NCBI GenBank assembly: GCA_023898465.1
Contig: CP060223.1
Location: 256,001-320,000 of the forward strand
Length of the DNA stretch: 64,000 nucleotides
Reading direction: 5' to 3'
Source of the DNA: Candidatus Nomurabacteria bacterium
GTDB taxonomy: Bacteria; Patescibacteriota; Patescibacteriia; HK-STAS-PATE-3
Part shown: one piece after another, positions 1 to 9,523 of the stretch
Position numbering within the stretch: position 1 is the stretch's first letter
Layout of the letters: every line of letters begins with the position of its first letter
Translations under genes and position numbers: made by a program
Notes under the pieces: model-generated
What the model was told of the DNA's origin: nothing
Database searches by the model: none
Seen by the model: the letters and a program-made list of their open reading frames with translations, nothing else

Positions 1-5
1 TAGTT

Positions 6-365
6 ATGAGCACACATTTAATGCACAAACAAGCAAAATTACAGCGACGAAAGCGCCGAGTTCGCGCGCGAGTTTCTGGCACTGCTGAACGACCTCGTTT
101 AAGCGTCAGCCGCAGCGTGAAACACGTGCTTGTTCAGTTAATTGATGACACTACGCATCGCACACTTTTAACTATGACTGATCGTGGAGCAAAAGATATC
201 ACCGGTACGAAGACCGAACGAGCTCGCGAATTAGGAAAGCGTTTTGCCAAGGCCGCCCAAGAAAAGGGTCTTACCCAAGCAGTTTTTGATCGAGGCGGAC
301 GACTTTATCACGGCCGTGTCCAAGCAATCGCTGAAGGCGCCCGAGAAGCCGGACTTAAATTATAA
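6..365 (+). CDS. rplR: 50S ribosomal protein L18 (uL18)
   Basis: 119-aa ORF with a basic N-terminus and a C-terminal FDRGGRLYHGRVQAIAEGAREAGLKL typical of uL18. It lies directly upstream of S5, as in the spc operon. Confidence 0.9.
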   Translation: MSTHLMHKQAKLQRRKRRVRARVSGTAERPRLSVSRSVKHVLVQLIDDTTHRTLLTMTDRGAKDITGTKTERARELGKRFAKAAQEKGLTQAVFDRGGRLYHGRVQAIAEGAREAGLKL

Positions 366-369
366 GACT

Positions 370-885
370 ATGAGCAATCAGCAACGACGATCTCGACGAG
401 ATGTAGAACAAAAAGACCGCGAATTTGAGCAGCGGGTTGTAGAAATTAGTCGTGTTACCCGTGTGGTAGCCGGCGGTAAGCGCATGCGATTTCGTGCTAC
501 GGTTGTGTTGGGTGATGCCAAGGGTCGGGTTGGTTACGGTACTCGGAAAGGTCTCGATGTCAGTGGTGCAGTCAGTAAGGCTTCTGCGGCAGCGCGTAAA
601 ACCATGATGCGAGTTCCGATGCAAGAGACTACCATTCCTCATGAAGTAAATACGCATTACGGTGCCGCTCATGTGCTTTTGAAGCCAGCTCCAGCCGGTC
701 GTGGTGTTATTGCTGGTGGTGCGGTCCGCATTGTCATGGAATTAGCAGGCGTTAAGGATGTGGTGGCAAAAATGTTTGGCTCACGTAATAAATTGAACAA
801 CATTAAGGCTACGTTCCGTGCCTTAGAGCAACTCCGTCCACCAAAGCCAAAGAAGACGGAAGAGAAGGAGAAGTCACATGACTAA
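370..885 (+). CDS. rpsE: 30S ribosomal protein S5 (uS5)
   Basis: The ORF track gives 244..885. The S5-like sequence starts at the ATG at 370 (MSNQQRRSRR..VVEISRVTRVVAGGKRMRFRATVVLGD..GYGTRKG), just after the L18 stop. The upstream extension overlaps rplR. Confidence 0.9.
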   Translation: MSNQQRRSRRDVEQKDREFEQRVVEISRVTRVVAGGKRMRFRATVVLGDAKGRVGYGTRKGLDVSGAVSKASAAARKTMMRVPMQETTIPHEVNTHYGAAHVLLKPAPAGRGVIAGGAVRIVMELAGVKDVVAKMFGSRNKLNNIKATFRALEQLRPPKPKKTEEKEKSHD

Positions 886-1357
886 AGGTTTGCACACACT
901 TCGCCAACCAAAAGGTGCTAAGTCTGGCAAGCGACGAGGTCGCGGTCATGGCAGCGGTTTAGGTACCTATTCCGGACGCGGTATGAAGGGTCAGCGAGCT
1001 CGTACTGGTGGACGCCAAGGAACCCTGCGACGTACCATGAAGCAGTTGATTGCTCGCATACCAAAGACGCGAGGTTTTTCCAGCGGCAAAAAAGCAGCAA
1101 CTGAAGTATACCTCAGTCAGCTCAATGTTTTTCCTGAGGGCAGTGAAGTATATCCTGGCTTATTGAAGAAACAGGGGATTATTCAGAGTGATCGACTCGT
1201 GAAGGTGATCGGCAACGCTGGATTGGAAAAAAGGCTTGATGTGAAGGCACATCGCTTTTCTGAAGGTGCTCGACGTGCTATAACTGAAAAAGGTGGCAAA
1301 GTTGTTCTCCTTCCTTTACCAATCGGTCCGCAACCAAAGCGACATCAAAGCTCATAG
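878..1357 (+). CDS. rplO: 50S ribosomal protein L15 (uL15)
   Basis: 159 aa with a glycine/arginine-rich N-terminus (GKRRGRGHGSGLGTYSGRGMKGQRAR) typical of uL15. Overlaps the S5 3' end by 8 nt. Confidence 0.9.
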   Translation: MTKGLHTLRQPKGAKSGKRRGRGHGSGLGTYSGRGMKGQRARTGGRQGTLRRTMKQLIARIPKTRGFSSGKKAATEVYLSQLNVFPEGSEVYPGLLKKQGIIQSDRLVKVIGNAGLEKRLDVKAHRFSEGARRAITEKGGKVVLLPLPIGPQPKRHQSS

Positions 1358-1360
1358 CCC

Positions 1361-2638
1361 ATGTGGGAAAAAATCTCACTCATCTGGCGAATTCCTGAAA
1401 TACGAAAAAAGATTCTGATTGTACTCGGACTCTTAGTTGTTTTTCGTGTCGCCGCACACATTCCAATTCCTGGCGTGAACACCTCTGAGTTGCAGAGTTT
1501 TTTTAATTCAAACCAATTCCTCGGACTCCTCAATATTTTTTCTGGAGGAGCCTTAGAGAATTTCTCCATTGTCATGTTGGGCGTAGGTCCATACATTACA
1601 GCTTCAATTATTTTCCAATTGTTGGTGATGATTATCCCTCGCTTAGAAGAGTTGCAAAAAGAAGGCGAGCGTGGACAGCAAAAAATCAACCAATGGACGC
1701 GTCTGCTTACTGTGCCGCTGGCCGTGTTGCAGGGCTATGCCACTATTACTTTTTTGAAACAGCAGCAGGGTGCCCAACTCATTGGCACACTCAGTAGCTT
1801 TGATCTCGTTGTTGCGCTTGTTACCGTTACTGCTGGTACTATTTTCTTAATGTGGATTGGTGAATTGATTTCTGAGCAGAAAGTAGGCAACGGTATTTCC
1901 TTACTTATTTTTGCCGGTATTGTTGCGCAAATTCCATTACAAATTCAACAACTCGCTGCCACCTTTGATGCAACCCAGATACTCAATGTTGGTGTCTTTG
2001 TCCTCATTGGACTTATCACCATCGCTGGGGTGGTCTATGTGACTGAAGCGCAACGAAACATTCCGGTGTCCTACGCTCGCCGCATTCGTGGTAATCGTAT
2101 GTTTGGTGGCGTCAATACCCATTTGCCTTTGCGCGTGAACCAGGCTGGTGTGATTCCAATCATCTTCGCAGTTTCGCTTGTGCTTTTTCCATCCTTGATT
2201 GCGCAGTTTTTTGTGAATTCAACTAATGCTACGGTGGCGGGTATTGCGCAATGGGTGACAACCGCTTTTCAAGGTGGATGGCTCTATGGCACTCTTTATT
2301 TCATCCTCGTGTTTGCCTTTACCTACTTCTACACCTCAGTAGTTTTCCATCCCAATCAGGTTGCAGAGAATTTGCAGAAGCAAGGCGGCTTTATTCCCGG
2401 CATCCGGCCTGGTCGACATACCGAAGAGTACCTAGGCTATGTTTCTAATCGCATCATTTTAGCCGGTGCGCTTTTCCTAGGTATCGTGGCAGTATTACCA
2501 ATTGCCCTCCAATCAGCCGCTCCATCTCAATCCCTCGTGATTGGTGGCACTAGCTTGCTGATTGTGGTAAGCGTGGTCATCGAAACCGTGCGACAAATTG
2601 AGTCCCAGTTGATTGTCCGGGACTACGAAGGATTTTAA
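1361..2638 (+). CDS. secY: Preprotein translocase subunit SecY
   Basis: 425-aa polytopic membrane protein. SecY motifs are present (GVNTSELQ, LGVGPYITASIIFQLL, GISLLIFAGI) and it holds the canonical position after rplO. Confidence 0.95.
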   Translation: MWEKISLIWRIPEIRKKILIVLGLLVVFRVAAHIPIPGVNTSELQSFFNSNQFLGLLNIFSGGALENFSIVMLGVGPYITASIIFQLLVMIIPRLEELQKEGERGQQKINQWTRLLTVPLAVLQGYATITFLKQQQGAQLIGTLSSFDLVVALVTVTAGTIFLMWIGELISEQKVGNGISLLIFAGIVAQIPLQIQQLAATFDATQILNVGVFVLIGLITIAGVVYVTEAQRNIPVSYARRIRGNRMFGGVNTHLPLRVNQAGVIPIIFAVSLVLFPSLIAQFFVNSTNATVAGIAQWVTTAFQGGWLYGTLYFILVFAFTYFYTSVVFHPNQVAENLQKQGGFIPGIRPGRHTEEYLGYVSNRIILAGALFLGIVAVLPIALQSAAPSQSLVIGGTSLLIVVSVVIETVRQIESQLIVRDYEGF

Positions 2639-2646
2639 CTACGCCT

Positions 2647-3246
2647 ATGGACACTACTTCAACGAGTGCGTCGTCTGAGCAGTCGAGTGCTTTGCATATT
2701 ATCATTTTAGGGCCGCAAGGTTCTGGCAAGGGCACCCAGGCTGAGGTGTTGGCGCAAAAGTATAACCTTTTTCACTTAGAAACAGGTAAATTAATGCGAG
2801 CAGCTGCTCAGGAAGAGAGCGACTTAGGTCGTCAGGTGAATGAATACATCAACGTGAAGGGAGAACTTGTGCCCTTCGATATTGTGATGGAAATTTTCCG
2901 GCGAGAAGTTGAACGTGTACCGCTCACTCAAGGAATTGTTTTTGATGGTACACCACGGCGAATGCCAGAAGTGGCATATTGGGATAAAGAGCTGCCCAAG
3001 TTGGGCCGGCGATTTACGCACATCTTTTCGCTGAGTTTATCCGAAGAGAAAACCATGGAGCGACTCATGCTGCGGAAACGAGAAGACGATACTGAGGAAA
3101 CTATTCGCAAGCGCTTGGATGAATACTATCGACAAACTGCTCCAGTATTAGCGCACTATAAAGAGGCAGGGGAGTTGATTGAAATTAACGGCGATCAAAG
3201 TATTGAAGAGGTATTTCGCGACCTTGAAAAGCATTTTCAAGTATGA
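2647..3246 (+). CDS. adk: Adenylate kinase
   Basis: P-loop ILGPQGSGKGTQ; 199 aa; canonical position after secY. There is no obvious zinc-binding lid. Confidence 0.9.
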   Translation: MDTTSTSASSEQSSALHIIILGPQGSGKGTQAEVLAQKYNLFHLETGKLMRAAAQEESDLGRQVNEYINVKGELVPFDIVMEIFRREVERVPLTQGIVFDGTPRRMPEVAYWDKELPKLGRRFTHIFSLSLSEEKTMERLMLRKREDDTEETIRKRLDEYYRQTAPVLAHYKEAGELIEINGDQSIEEVFRDLEKHFQV

Positions 3247-4016
3247 GTCAATTGAAGCAGCCAAATGAAATAAAGAAAATGGCTGCGTCTGGTCGTCAGC
3301 TGGCTGAGATATTAGACGAAGTCAAAAAGCATGTGCGGGTTGGGATAAGCACAGGCGAGCTTGATCGGATTGCCGCAAAACTGATGCAAGATGCCGGCGT
3401 GAAGCCAGCCTTCTTGGGATATCGCGGTTACCCCGGCGTATTGTGTACCTCACGCAATGAACAGGTGGTGCATGGAATTCCTTCAAACGATGAAATATTA
3501 CAGAACGGTGACTTACTGAGTATCGATATCGGCATAGTGAAAGAAGGTTGGTATGCTGACATGGCTGAAACGGTCGCAGTTGGGAACATAAGCTATGCGG
3601 CAGAGCGTTTAATGAGTACCACTCGCGAAGCGCTGCAACGTGGTATTGCCGCTTTAAAAATCGGTGAGCCATTAGGCAGGGTTGGTGCTGCGGTACAGAG
3701 CTTTAGCGAATCGCGTGGTTACGGAGTTGTGCGAGATCTTTGCGGACACGGCATTGGCCGAGCTATGCACGAGGATCCCATGGTGCCGAACTACGGTAGT
3801 GCGGAGAGTGGTCCTATTGTGCAGCCGGGTCTAGTTATTGCGATTGAGCCAATGATCACGGCAGGAAAATGGCAGGTAAAAACTTTAGCCGATGGATGGA
3901 CAGTGGTCACTGCCGATGGAGGCTTAAGCGCCCATTTTGAAAAAACAGTAGCGGTGACCGAACACGGTGTGGAGATATTAACCGGACTCAGCCATGGCAA
4001 GAATTCTCGCGCTTGA
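3243..4016 (+). CDS. map: Methionine aminopeptidase type I
   Basis: 257 aa. Metal-ligand context is present (DIGIVKEGWYADMA, GHGIGRAMHEDP, IEPMI). The start is an ATGA overlap with the adk stop. Confidence 0.9.
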   Translation: MSQLKQPNEIKKMAASGRQLAEILDEVKKHVRVGISTGELDRIAAKLMQDAGVKPAFLGYRGYPGVLCTSRNEQVVHGIPSNDEILQNGDLLSIDIGIVKEGWYADMAETVAVGNISYAAERLMSTTREALQRGIAALKIGEPLGRVGAAVQSFSESRGYGVVRDLCGHGIGRAMHEDPMVPNYGSAESGPIVQPGLVIAIEPMITAGKWQVKTLADGWTVVTADGGLSAHFEKTVAVTEHGVEILTGLSHGKNSRA

Positions 4017-4398
4017 TCTAGGTAAACAAAAGACCGGTCTTGCTTTATCAGACCCTGATCAGCGCTGGGCCTTTGGACGTGGTATCGTCAAGGGCAGTAT
4101 TGAAGATGTAGTAAAGGCGATTACTGACATTCGGACTACTGATGAGATTGAGCGCGTGGTAATTGGCTTACCGCTTTCTCTGCAAGGTACGGGTATAGGG
4201 GAGCAAGAGCAGTGGGTCCGCGAACAGGCTGAAAAGATTCGCCAAGGTGTGCAATTGCCCGTAGAGTTTATGGAAGAACGTTTTAGCAGCGAGATGGGGA
4301 GGCGTTTGCAGCAAGAGGCGGGCAAAAAAGGGGACGATGATGAGGCGGCAGCGAAAATTATTTTGCAGTCTTATTTAGATCAGCGTTTTCGCACATGA
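3994..4398 (+). CDS. ruvX: YqgF/RuvX-like putative pre-16S rRNA nuclease / Holliday junction resolvase
   Basis: 134 aa. The N-terminal ILALDLGKQKTGLALSD and later VIGLPLSLQG match the YqgF family pattern. Confidence 0.8.
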   Translation: MARILALDLGKQKTGLALSDPDQRWAFGRGIVKGSIEDVVKAITDIRTTDEIERVVIGLPLSLQGTGIGEQEQWVREQAEKIRQGVQLPVEFMEERFSSEMGRRLQQEAGKKGDDDEAAAKIILQSYLDQRFRT

Positions 4399-5495
4399 GT
4401 TTTTGGCTTGTCAACGGTATTTTTTTCCTAAGCAGTTTTGTGCTGGCTGCCTTGAGCACGCCGCTTTTTCGCCGGATCGCATATCGATTTCATTTACTTG
4501 ACACCCCGGCCAGCGCACCAGAACGAAAACTGCAGACTCAGCCAATTCCTTTACTTGGAGGTTGGGCGATTTTCTTTTCCTTTACCATGGTTATTCTTTT
4601 GGGTGCGTGGCTCGGCTGGTTTCAGGATGGAGTCATAAGCGCAAAAGCCTTGTATGGTGTGCTCCTCGGTGGTGGACTCATTATGGTTGGCGGTACAATA
4701 GATGATAAGTGGGGAGTAGGCCCGGCTAAGCAACTTATTTGGTCCTTCCTCGCTTGTGCTATTGTTGTGGTTTCAGGAATTGGCATCAGCTTCATTACCA
4801 ATCCATTTGGGGGTGAGTTACGCTTAGACACGCTTTCCTGGTCCGTGTTCACCATGAATGATATTTCTTATCAATTTGTGGTGTGGGCTGATCTGCTCAC
4901 TTTAGCTTGGCTCATGGGCATGATGTATACGACCAAGCTGCTTGATGGTTTAGATGGACTAGTGTCCGGAGTTGGTGCAATTGCCAGCCTTATTCTTTTT
5001 GGCGTCACCCAACTGCAAGATGTGCAGCAAGCGACCACGGGATATATTGCGCTCGCGCTGGCCGGGGCTTGTCTGGGTTTCCTTATATATAATTTTTCGC
5101 CAGCGAAGATATATTTGGGACAAGGTGGAAGTTTGCTTATCGGATTTTTCTTAGGTGTGCTTTCCATCGTGAGTGGAGGAAAAATTGCTACCGCACTTCT
5201 GGTGATGGGGATTCCGATACTGGATGTGGCGTGGGTGATTCTTCGTCGAGTGATTATCGAAAAGCGTTCGCCGCTCTCGGCAGATCGTAAGCATTTGCAT
5301 TTTCGTTTACTCGATGTTGGCTTTAGTCATCGCGGCGCCGTTCTTTTTCTCTATCTGCTCACAGCATTATTCGGTAGTGCGACATTATTCTTCCGAGGAG
5401 TGGCCAAGCTATACGCGCTCGGAGCGCTTCTCTTGGTTATGTGTGCCTTGGGTATCTGGCTCGTACGTCGATATCAAGGTTTCAATAAATCGTAG
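4395..5495 (+). CDS. Glycosyltransferase family 4 polyprenyl-phosphate HexNAc-1-phosphate transferase (WecA/MraY superfamily)
   Basis: 366-aa protein with about 10 TM helices. It has the DDKWG loop, TTKLLDGLDGL, and NFSPAKIYLGQGGSLLIG, characteristic of the MraY/WecA family. Confidence 0.75.
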   Translation: MSFWLVNGIFFLSSFVLAALSTPLFRRIAYRFHLLDTPASAPERKLQTQPIPLLGGWAIFFSFTMVILLGAWLGWFQDGVISAKALYGVLLGGGLIMVGGTIDDKWGVGPAKQLIWSFLACAIVVVSGIGISFITNPFGGELRLDTLSWSVFTMNDISYQFVVWADLLTLAWLMGMMYTTKLLDGLDGLVSGVGAIASLILFGVTQLQDVQQATTGYIALALAGACLGFLIYNFSPAKIYLGQGGSLLIGFFLGVLSIVSGGKIATALLVMGIPILDVAWVILRRVIIEKRSPLSADRKHLHFRLLDVGFSHRGAVLFLYLLTALFGSATLFFRGVAKLYALGALLLVMCALGIWLVRRYQGFNKS

Positions 5496-5498
5496 TCT

Positions 5499-5993
5499 AT
5501 GCAGCGACGTTTTTTCATTGGCCTCATTGTCGTGCTGCTAGGGCTGGCGGCCGGCATAGTTTGGTGGCTTTGGTTCGCGCCAGTGAGCACAAGCGGTACG
5601 CCGACGAGTGGCGATGGTCAGGCAAAGCTGACTATTCATGAACATGAGTTCCTTGTTGATCTAGCTATTCGATCAGAAACGCAAGCTACTGGCTTAGCCT
5701 ATCGTGATGATTTGGCGAGTGACAGGGGAATGTTGTTCCTTTTTACCGAGCCGCAGAGATTGAGTTTTTGGATGAAAGGTATGCGTTTTCCTCTTGATAT
5801 TATTTGGATACGAGATCAGCGGGTCATCGCTATTAGCCCTGAGGTCCCGCTAGCGCCTCGACGGGGCATTTTGCCAACCTATGCACCAAAAAGCCCAGCC
5901 GATGCCGTGCTTGAGGTCAGAGCGGGATTAGCAAAAAACCTAGGAATTTCGGTCGGTGACACAGTTTCTTGGGAGATATTGACGTCAGAGTGA
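5499..5993 (+). CDS. DUF192 domain protein (N-terminal membrane anchor)
   Basis: 164 aa with an N-terminal TM helix. It carries RGMLFLF..FWMKGMRFPLDIIWI, typical of DUF192. Confidence 0.7.
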   Translation: MQRRFFIGLIVVLLGLAAGIVWWLWFAPVSTSGTPTSGDGQAKLTIHEHEFLVDLAIRSETQATGLAYRDDLASDRGMLFLFTEPQRLSFWMKGMRFPLDIIWIRDQRVIAISPEVPLAPRRGILPTYAPKSPADAVLEVRAGLAKNLGISVGDTVSWEILTSE

Positions 5994-6016
5994 GTGCGTG
6001 CTAGCATACTGCCGTT

Positions 6017-6346
6017 ATGCCTAAAGAAGAAAACAAGCAACTCGCGGTTATTGCCCAGGGCGGACGTCAATATGTAGTTCGGCCAAACGCAAAAATTACG
6101 GTCAATTCTTTCACCCATGAAGGCGACACTGTCACGCTCGATAATGTGCTTTTAGTGCATGATGGAAAAACCACCAAGGTTGGTAAGCCTCAAGTGGAGG
6201 GTGCCACGGTTACCGCAAAAGTGCTGAAAGTAGGCAAAGGTAAAAAAGTAGTTATTCAAAAGTACAAGCCAAAGGTACGATACCGTCGCAAGACCGGTCA
6301 TCGCCAAGGTATTGTTGAATTGCAGATACAGGATATTCATTCCTAA
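6017..6346 (+). CDS. rplU: 50S ribosomal protein L21 (bL21)
   Basis: 109 aa. AVIAQGGRQYVV...KVLKVGKGKKVVIQKYKPKVRYRRKTGHRQ matches the bL21 pattern. Confidence 0.9.
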   Translation: MPKEENKQLAVIAQGGRQYVVRPNAKITVNSFTHEGDTVTLDNVLLVHDGKTTKVGKPQVEGATVTAKVLKVGKGKKVVIQKYKPKVRYRRKTGHRQGIVELQIQDIHS

Positions 6347-6382
6347 GCACGAAGTTCGAATTTCGAAACAATATTAAAACAC

Positions 6383-6407
6383 GAATGTTTCAAACATTCT
6401 GTTTTTT
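6383..6407. terminator. Bidirectional rho-independent terminator between rplU (+) and recR (-)
   Basis: GAATGTTT-C-AAACATTC hairpin flanked by a T-run on the plus strand (tgttttttg) and by a run of A residues on its 5' side (aaaac), which reads as a T-run downstream of the hairpin on the minus strand. Confidence 0.6.
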
Positions 6408-6434
6408 GTAATAAAGCTTGTTAGTATTTCGAGA

Positions 6435-7058
6435 TTAGGAATTTTGAGTTTGGTCAGCCTGCATGGCACTTCTCCCTTTTATCGCATTGGAGAGCGTTAC
6501 CTCGTCAGTGTATTCCAAATCGCTTCCCATTGGTAAGCCACGGGCCAGGCGGGTGACTTTTACATGCAGGGGTTTTAACTGCTGATGAAGATATAAGCCG
6601 GTTGCCTCACCCTCCATATCGGGGTTTGTAGCGATAATAAGTTCCTCGATAGATTCTTTCTGCACTCGATCAAGGAGTTGAGTCACGCGCAGTTGCTCAG
6701 GACCGATGCCGTCAATTGGATTGAGTACGCCGCCTAAAACATGATAGCGTCCCTGATACTCACCAGTACTCTCAATAGCCAGCATGTCAGCGCTGGTTGC
6801 TACTACACAGAGGGTATGCAAATCGCGTTGCGTGTCACGGCAAATGCGACAGGGAGAGGATTCAGTATAGGTTCCACAGATCTCGCAGCTGCGCACCTGC
6901 TCTTTAAGCACGCGCAAACTATCCACCAGATGTTCAATCTGTTCCGGGGGCCGAGTGAGGAGATAGAGCACATAGCGCTCGGCGGTTTTACGACCAACAC
7001 CGGGCAGACGAGCAAAATCCTCGATCAAATCATGAATCGGGGCGGGGAATTGCGTCAT
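6435..7058 (-). CDS. recR: Recombination protein RecR
   Basis: 207 aa with an HhH region (LPGVGRKTAERY), a C4 zinc finger (CEICGTYTESSPCRIC) and a Toprim region. Confidence 0.9.
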   Translation of the reverse strand: MTQFPAPIHDLIEDFARLPGVGRKTAERYVLYLLTRPPEQIEHLVDSLRVLKEQVRSCEICGTYTESSPCRICRDTQRDLHTLCVVATSADMLAIESTGEYQGRYHVLGGVLNPIDGIGPEQLRVTQLLDRVQKESIEELIIATNPDMEGEATGLYLHQQLKPLHVKVTRLARGLPMGSDLEYTDEVTLSNAIKGRSAMQADQTQNS

Positions 7059-7067
7059 ACACGTACG

Positions 7068-7364
7068 CTAGCCTAAGCCAGGGATCTGCATGCCTGAGGA
7101 ACGCATTTTCATTGCTACAGCTTTTTGTACTTTTTTTGTAGCCTCAGAAAAAAGTTCCTTGAGAGCCTTTTCCAGTTCATCCTTTTTCTCAGGATTGAGA
7201 AATTCCGGATCAATGGATAGGGAGAGCACTTCTTGATTTCCATCCATGACCAGGGAGATTTTTCCACCCTTTACGTCGTGGTGGATAGTTTCTTGTGCCA
7301 GCATATTTTGCAGCACTTTTGCTTGGTCTCGGAGGTCTTTGATTTGCTTGAGTTTGTTGAACAT
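7068..7364 (-). CDS. ybaB: YbaB/EbfC nucleoid-associated protein
   Basis: 98 aa; KQAKVLQNMLAQ...GGKISLVMDGNQEVLSLSIDPE. Shows the conserved pairing upstream of recR. Confidence 0.85.
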   Translation of the reverse strand: MFNKLKQIKDLRDQAKVLQNMLAQETIHHDVKGGKISLVMDGNQEVLSLSIDPEFLNPEKKDELEKALKELFSEATKKVQKAVAMKMRSSGMQIPGLG

Positions 7365-7436
7365 AGTATGGGAAGTTTAGCAAAAATACCCAATTCTGTC
7401 ACTCTGAAACAAGTTCAGGGTGACAACTGCTTGTGT

Positions 7437-8786
7437 TTAAAATGGTTCCTGAACTCGGGTTTCGAGGTTTTTGAAACTCACCGTGTTCTCATCGAAGAAC
7501 ATTTGCACGATGCCGGTAGGGCCATTACGGTGCTTGGCAATGTGAATTTCAGCCACATTGCGTCGGTCGGTCTCGGGCTTATAGAGTGCTTCACGATAGA
7601 TAAACATCACCACGTCGGCATCTTGCTCAATAGAACCGGATTCGCGCAGGTCGGCCAGCTTTGGTATCGGAGGAGTGCGGGATTCCACTGCACGAGAAAG
7701 CTGAGAAAGTGCTAAGACCGGCACATCGAGCTCTTTTGCAATACCCTTGAGTCCACGCGTGATTTCCGCAACCTGCTGCACACGGCTCTCTGAATCAACA
7801 CGTCCTTCCATTAACTGGAGGTAGTCGACAACAAGTAAGCCGAGGCCGTGTTCAGTTTTGAGGCGACGGGCCTTGGTGCGCATTTCCATGACCGAGGTCA
7901 CTGCTGAGTCATCGATGAAAATTTGTGCTTCGGATAGCGTACCAATCGCGTGGCCAATGCGAGGGAAGTCATCATCCTGTTCATCAGATGAGAGTTTACC
8001 AGTACGCATTTTCCAAAGGCTAACACCAGCTTCAGCACAGATCATACGATCGACCAATTGCTCCTTGGACATTTCTAAGCTGAAAATGCCAACCGGTTGC
8101 TTGCTCTTAATCGCCACATTACGGGCCAGGTCCATTGCCAGCGAAGTTTTACCAACTGATGGACGGGCAGCTAAAATAATGAGGTCAGAACGTTGTAAGC
8201 CCGCCAGGATATTATCAAGATCAGTGTAGCCAGTTGGTAAACCGCGCAGAGTACCACTTTGCTTATGCAGCTCGTCGATGCGTTCAAAAGCATCTGATAG
8301 GGCGCTTTGCAGACTGATAAACTGCTGGCGCATGTATTTTTGCGAGACCTCGAAGAGTCGCTGTTCAGCTTGGTCCAGCAGAATATCAACCTCGTCGGTT
8401 TCTTTATAGCCCAGCGCATTAATTTCCTGAGAAGCACCAATCAAGCGACGCAGCGTAGCCTTGCGTTGCACAATATTGGAATGATGCACGATATTTGAGG
8501 CAGTTGCTACGGCGTTAGAAAGTTCCGCCAAATAACTACGTCCGCCAATCATCTCGAGCTGTTTTCGCTCATTCAGGCGATTGGTGAGCGAGAGGATGTC
8601 GATAGGCTCCTGCTTGGCATAGAGCTCCAACATAGCCTCAAAAATCATTCGATGCGTGTCCTTATAAAAGTCCTCTGGCCGCAGCTGGTCCGCAATCTTA
8701 ATAATGGCGTCTTTATCTATAAGTAGACTGCCAAGAGTGGCCTGCTCTGCTTCGATATTCTGGGGTGGGATGATTTCCTGTGGCAT
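7437..8786 (-). CDS. dnaB: Replicative DNA helicase DnaB
   Basis: 449 aa with PQNIEAEQATLGSLL at the N-terminus, Walker A (ARPSVGKTS), and VVDYLQLM. No intein is present. Confidence 0.95.
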   Translation of the reverse strand: MPQEIIPPQNIEAEQATLGSLLIDKDAIIKIADQLRPEDFYKDTHRMIFEAMLELYAKQEPIDILSLTNRLNERKQLEMIGGRSYLAELSNAVATASNIVHHSNIVQRKATLRRLIGASQEINALGYKETDEVDILLDQAEQRLFEVSQKYMRQQFISLQSALSDAFERIDELHKQSGTLRGLPTGYTDLDNILAGLQRSDLIILAARPSVGKTSLAMDLARNVAIKSKQPVGIFSLEMSKEQLVDRMICAEAGVSLWKMRTGKLSSDEQDDDFPRIGHAIGTLSEAQIFIDDSAVTSVMEMRTKARRLKTEHGLGLLVVDYLQLMEGRVDSESRVQQVAEITRGLKGIAKELDVPVLALSQLSRAVESRTPPIPKLADLRESGSIEQDADVVMFIYREALYKPETDRRNVAEIHIAKHRNGPTGIVQMFFDENTVSFKNLETRVQEPF

Positions 8787-8914
8787 AGGCGTGGGTTGAT
8801 TGTAGGCTGAGCCGGCGGCAAAGGCAAGTCAGCGCTCCACAGCTTTTTCCCCATAATTTTCCCCTGTTTCTCCTGCTTGAAAAGGTGGGAGCTCTTCAGT
8901 ATAATGATCCGGTT

Positions 8915-9442
8915 ATGGGGCAAAATAATCTTGAACTCGTCGTCCTGGATGTAGAAACATCAGGCATGCGGCCAGAAGATGGTCATTGCGTGATTGAATT
9001 GGGCGCCCAACGCTTACGGGGCACCGAAATATTGGCGTCTTTTGATTATCTTATCAAGCCCTCACGTCCATTAGACCCTGAGTCGCAGGCCGTGCACGGT
9101 ATTACCGAAGCGGAATTGCTAGAAAAGGGGAGAGAGCCGGCCGAGGTCTTTGCAGAGTTTCGGGAATTTAGCAAGGATGCAGTTTTAGTGGGACACAATG
9201 TAGGTTTTGATCTTGCCTTCATAAATGCTGAATATCGCCGTTTAGGGCAGGAAGCCTTAACAAACGAAATTCTCGATACTATTGCCTTAGCACGACGTTA
9301 TCTTATTTTACCAAGCTACAGCTTAAAAAACGTCGCAGCATATTTGAAAGTGCCTCAACCAAGCGCCCACCGAGCCTTAGCCGACGTGCAAACAACAACC
9401 GAAGTGCTACTCAAATTGATTGAGCGGGCGAAGCAGCGTTGA
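8915..9442 (+). CDS. DnaQ-like DEDDh 3'-5' exonuclease (DNA polymerase III epsilon family)
   Basis: Exo motifs are present: VVLDVETSG, GHNVGFDLAFI, HRALADV. The ORF track starts at the GTG at 8885; the ATG at 8915 is preferred. Confidence 0.8.
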   Translation: MGQNNLELVVLDVETSGMRPEDGHCVIELGAQRLRGTEILASFDYLIKPSRPLDPESQAVHGITEAELLEKGREPAEVFAEFREFSKDAVLVGHNVGFDLAFINAEYRRLGQEALTNEILDTIALARRYLILPSYSLKNVAAYLKVPQPSAHRALADVQTTTEVLLKLIERAKQR

Positions 9443-9523
9443 GAGAGGTTTCCCTTGCTAGGACTTGAAAAAATATCAGCATTTTGCTATGTTCCCTACG
9501 ATTTAAGGGAAACATAAGAATCT

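Noticed and set aside
244-369. N-terminal extension of the S5 ORF (track start 244).
   Set aside because: It overlaps rplR in another frame and has no S5-like sequence. The ATG at 370 directly follows the L18 stop.
6350-6380. Shared TTCGAAAT/ATTTCGAA palindromic motif here and at 53752-53771, considered as a possible dispersed repeat family.
   Set aside because: There are only two short AT-rich occurrences, both in terminator-like contexts. That is insufficient to call a repeat family from one window.
8885-8914. GTG start for the DnaQ-like exonuclease.
   Set aside because: The ATG at 8915 gives the conventional short distance to the Exo I motif (VVLDVETSG). The extension adds nonconserved residues. 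Low stakes either way.
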